A DNA stretch of 45,372 nucleotides, from contig CAZQTH010000007.1 of the NCBI GenBank assembly GCA_964596175.1, forward strand, positions 1-45,372, read 5' to 3'. Below are positions 42,717 through 45,372 of this stretch, piece after piece. Below the pieces are notes generated by a model. The model was not told where the DNA came from and ran no database searches. It worked only from the letters and a program-made list of their open reading frames with translations. A program made the translations under genes and the position numbers. This DNA is from an uncultured Clostridium sp. Lineage in GTDB: Bacteria > Bacillota > Clostridia > TANB77 > CAG-508. The number at the start of each line of letters is the position of its first letter. The stretch's first letter is position 1.

Positions 42717-43457
42717 ATGAGTAAAATAGAATTAAACAATAATTATTATTTCAAAATGTTAGTTAATGAAAATGAAAAAAATGTTATAGATATAAAAAAA
42801 ATAAAATTTGGAACAATAAAGAAAAAAGGTAATTTACTATTAAATATAAACTTTAATACTTTTAATACAGAAGATTATAGGAAAATATTAAAAAAATTAT
42901 TAAGAATTAAAAATAAAGTAGATAGGAAAAAAATAGAAATAGGTATTACAGAAAATTCTAAAAAGTTAATAGGATATGTTGTTAATTATGATAGTAATAA
43001 TAATTATCAGAAAGAATTTTTACAAGCAGTAAATGCAATATTTTATAACACTAGATATGAAAGATATGATTACATTTATGATACTGTATATGATTATTTA
43101 GATAATTTTTTTTACGAAAGAAACTTATGTGATTTTAAGAATAACAAATGTGGAGAAAAAAGAAACACAAGTTCAAACATAGGCTGTTGTAGACATTATA
43201 AAAATAAATTATTAGGTCCATTACTTCAAAATAACTTTATTTCATGTGAACATTTAAAAGAAGATTATACTTGTGATGCTAAATGTTTAAGTTGTAAATT
43301 ATTTACCTGTGATTATTTAAGAAAAAAAGGAGTTAGATTTAAAATAAAGGATATTTTATTATTAGATGTATTTTTTAATCCATTACAAAAATATTATATA
43401 AAAACAAAAGTGTTTACTCCAAAAGAAGAGATTTTAAAAAAACTTATGATTTTATAA
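42717..43457 (+). CDS. Hypothetical protein with Cys-rich C-terminal domain
   Basis: CDF..C..GCC..CEHL..C..CLSCKLFTC; GAGGGAG RBS. Confidence 0.65.
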   Translation: MSKIELNNNYYFKMLVNENEKNVIDIKKIKFGTIKKKGNLLLNINFNTFNTEDYRKILKKLLRIKNKVDRKKIEIGITENSKKLIGYVVNYDSNNNYQKEFLQAVNAIFYNTRYERYDYIYDTVYDYLDNFFYERNLCDFKNNKCGEKRNTSSNIGCCRHYKNKLLGPLLQNNFISCEHLKEDYTCDAKCLSCKLFTCDYLRKKGVRFKIKDILLLDVFFNPLQKYYIKTKVFTPKEEILKKLMIL

Positions 43458-43484
43458 AATAGCGAGATAATCGCTATTTTGTTT
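43456..43484 (+). terminator. Rho-independent terminator
   Basis: AAAATAGCGA / TCGCTATTTT. Confidence 0.65.
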
Positions 43485-43693
43485 ATATGAACTAAATAAT
43501 CTGGGCAAAAATATTCTTATGATAAATATAACAAATAAAGATATAAGATTCAATGATTTAGAAAAAAATGCGGAAAAAGAAAATTCTATGGAATATATGA
43601 TGAAAAGAGAAATTGAAAGTCATGGGTTGAATTGTTGTAAGATATAAAAAAATATGATATATTATATGTAGATTAAAGAGAGGAAAAAGAAAA

Positions 43694-44257
43694 ATGAAAT
43701 TATTATTACATACTTGTTGTGCACCTTGTAGTGTATATTGTATAGATGAATTAAGAAGTGAAAACATTGAACCAACTGTATATTGGTTCAATCCTAATAT
43801 ACATCCATATATGGAATATAAAGCAAGGCGAGATTGTTTAAAAGAATATACTAAAAGTATAAATGTAGAAGCTATTTTTGAAGAAGACTATGGTTTAGAT
43901 GATTTTTGTAAAAGTGTTGTTAAATCTTTGGATACAAGATGCCAAGACTATTGTTATCCAGTTCGTTTAGAACAAACTGCAAAATATGCAAAAGAAAATG
44001 GATATGATACATTTACAACAACACTTTTAGTTAGCCCATATCAAAAACATGACATTATAAAAGATTTAGGAGAAAAAATAGCTAATAAATATGGAATAGA
44101 GTTTTTATATAGAGACTTTAGAATAGGTTTTAGAGAAGGTCAAGAAAGAGCTAGAGAAATAGGTCTTTATATGCAAAAGTATTGTGGATGTATTTTTTCA
44201 GAGGAAGATAGGTATAGAAAGCAGATAGAAAAAGATAAAACTAAGTTTAACATTTAA
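43694..44257 (+). CDS. queH: Epoxyqueuosine reductase QueH
   Basis: LLLHTCCAPCS, FNPNIHP..EY, TTTLLVSP, YMQKYCGCIFS. Confidence 0.93.
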   Translation: MKLLLHTCCAPCSVYCIDELRSENIEPTVYWFNPNIHPYMEYKARRDCLKEYTKSINVEAIFEEDYGLDDFCKSVVKSLDTRCQDYCYPVRLEQTAKYAKENGYDTFTTTLLVSPYQKHDIIKDLGEKIANKYGIEFLYRDFRIGFREGQERAREIGLYMQKYCGCIFSEEDRYRKQIEKDKTKFNI

Positions 44258-44286
44258 ATATAAAATATTCAAGGAGAATATAAATT

Positions 44287-44445
44287 ATGGCAGAAGTACA
44301 ATTATATGATAATAAAGTTATAGAATGGAAGGATTGTCCAGGATGTGAATTTGCAAATCATAATTTTAGTGTATCTTGTGGTATAGCTTATGAAAATGAT
44401 ACTTTTATATTAGCACAAGATTGGGAATTACCTAAACTTAAATAA
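44287..44445 (+). pseudogene. Truncated HIT-like hydrolase N-terminus (52 aa)
   Basis: AAGGAG RBS; MAEVQLYDNKVIEWKDCPGCEF..CGIAYENDTFILAQDWELP then stop before any histidine triad. Confidence 0.55.
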
Positions 44446-44489
44446 AAAAGAATTTTTGATTTATAAAAAAATTTAGGAGAAAAATATAA

Positions 44490-45372
44490 ATGAGAATTGA
44501 AAATGGGGTATTATTAGGAGTTTTAAATAGTGATATAGTAGATGGGACTTTTGAAATTCCAGAAGGTGTAACAAGTATAGGTGGTAGTGCTTTTGAAGGA
44601 TGTAGTAGCTTAACAAAAATCCATATTCCAGAAGGTGTAACAAGTATAGGTGGTAGTGCTTTTGAAGGATGTAGTAGCTTAACAAAAATCCATATTCCAG
44701 AAGGTGTAACAAGTATAGGAGATGGGGCTTTTTTAAGATGTAGTAGTTTGACAAAAATCCATATCCCAGATAGTGTAACAAGTATAGGAAATTTTGCTTT
44801 TTGCGAATGTAGTAGCTTAACAGAAATCTATATTCCAGAAGGTGTAACAAGTATAGGTGGTAGTGCTTTTGACGGATGTAGTAGCTTAACAAAAATCCAT
44901 ATCCCAGATAGTGTAACAAGTATAGGAGATTTTGCTTTTTGCGAATGTAGTAGCTTAACAAAAATCCATATCCCAGATAGTGTAACAAGTATAGGAAATT
45001 TTGCTTTTTTCGAATGTAGTAGCTTAACAGAAATCTATATTCCAGAAGGTGTAACAAGTATAGGTCGTAGTGCTTTTAACGGATGTAGTAGCTTAACAGA
45101 AATCTATATTCCAGAAGGTGTAACAAGTATAGGTCGTAGTGTTTTTAACGGATGTAGTAGCTTAACAGAAATCTATATTCCAGAAGGTGTAACAAATATA
45201 AGAACTTGTACTTTTTCAGACTGTAGGAGCTTGACAGAAATTCATATCCCAGGTAGTGTAACAAGTATAGGAGAGTATGTTTTTGAAGGCTGTAGCGGAT
45301 TGACAGAAATCCATATCCCAGAAGGTGTAACAAGTATAGGAGAAAATATTTTTAAACGGATGTGAAAATTTA
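44490..45372 (+). CDS. BspA/TpLRR leucine-rich repeat protein, continuing past a +1 shift at 45357 and the window end
   Basis: 23-aa repeats IPEGVTSIGxxAFxxCSSLTxIx; the +1 frame after FK reads GCENL. Confidence 0.9.
44556..45372 (+). repeat. 69-bp tandem repeat, 11 full copies plus a partial 12th
   Basis: Period of 69 nt starting ATTCCAGAAGGTGTAACAAGTATAGG; copies 1 and 2 identical. Confidence 0.92.

Noticed and set aside
43568-43600. ATG CGG AAA as a third CGG recoding site
   Set aside because: It lies in a decayed non-genic remnant with no motif to define the frame.
44556-45372. Regular repeats as a CRISPR array
   Set aside because: The period is 69 nt (23 codons), in frame, with no unique spacers and no cas genes.

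Overview
Very AT-rich chromosomal window from a spore-forming Clostridia bacterium (spoVT, spoIIM, sigmaG-like promoter); the lineage cannot be fixed from the sequence alone. It contains the end of the alpha operon (rpsM-rpsK-rpsD-rpoA-rplQ), recD2, nrdDG with a divergent Crp/Fnr gene, comF, a KAP-type P-loop NTPase, fbp, spoVT, a short alaS, HIT, sortase, ligA, folD, dprA, tRNA-Ile2/tRNA-Tyr, an HssRS-like two-component system with acyltransferase and GT8 genes, tmcAL, rnhA, yqxK-spoIIM-xerD, a broken ECF sigma locus, pssDE-ltaS-ruvB, queH and a BspA-type LRR gene running off the right edge. Most striking signal: my manual scan found no in-frame CGG codon in any intact gene, and the only two in-frame CGGs (10767, 45357) sit exactly where a +1 shift (CGGA giving Gly) restores a conserved motif. 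This suggests CGG-triggered +1 frameshifting or quadruplet decoding, although sequencing error is not excluded. Also notable: a DnaA-box cluster inside dprA, a candidate Crp/Fnr operator at nrdDG and a degenerate HD-GYP-like protein. Protein family calls come from motif recognition, not database searches.
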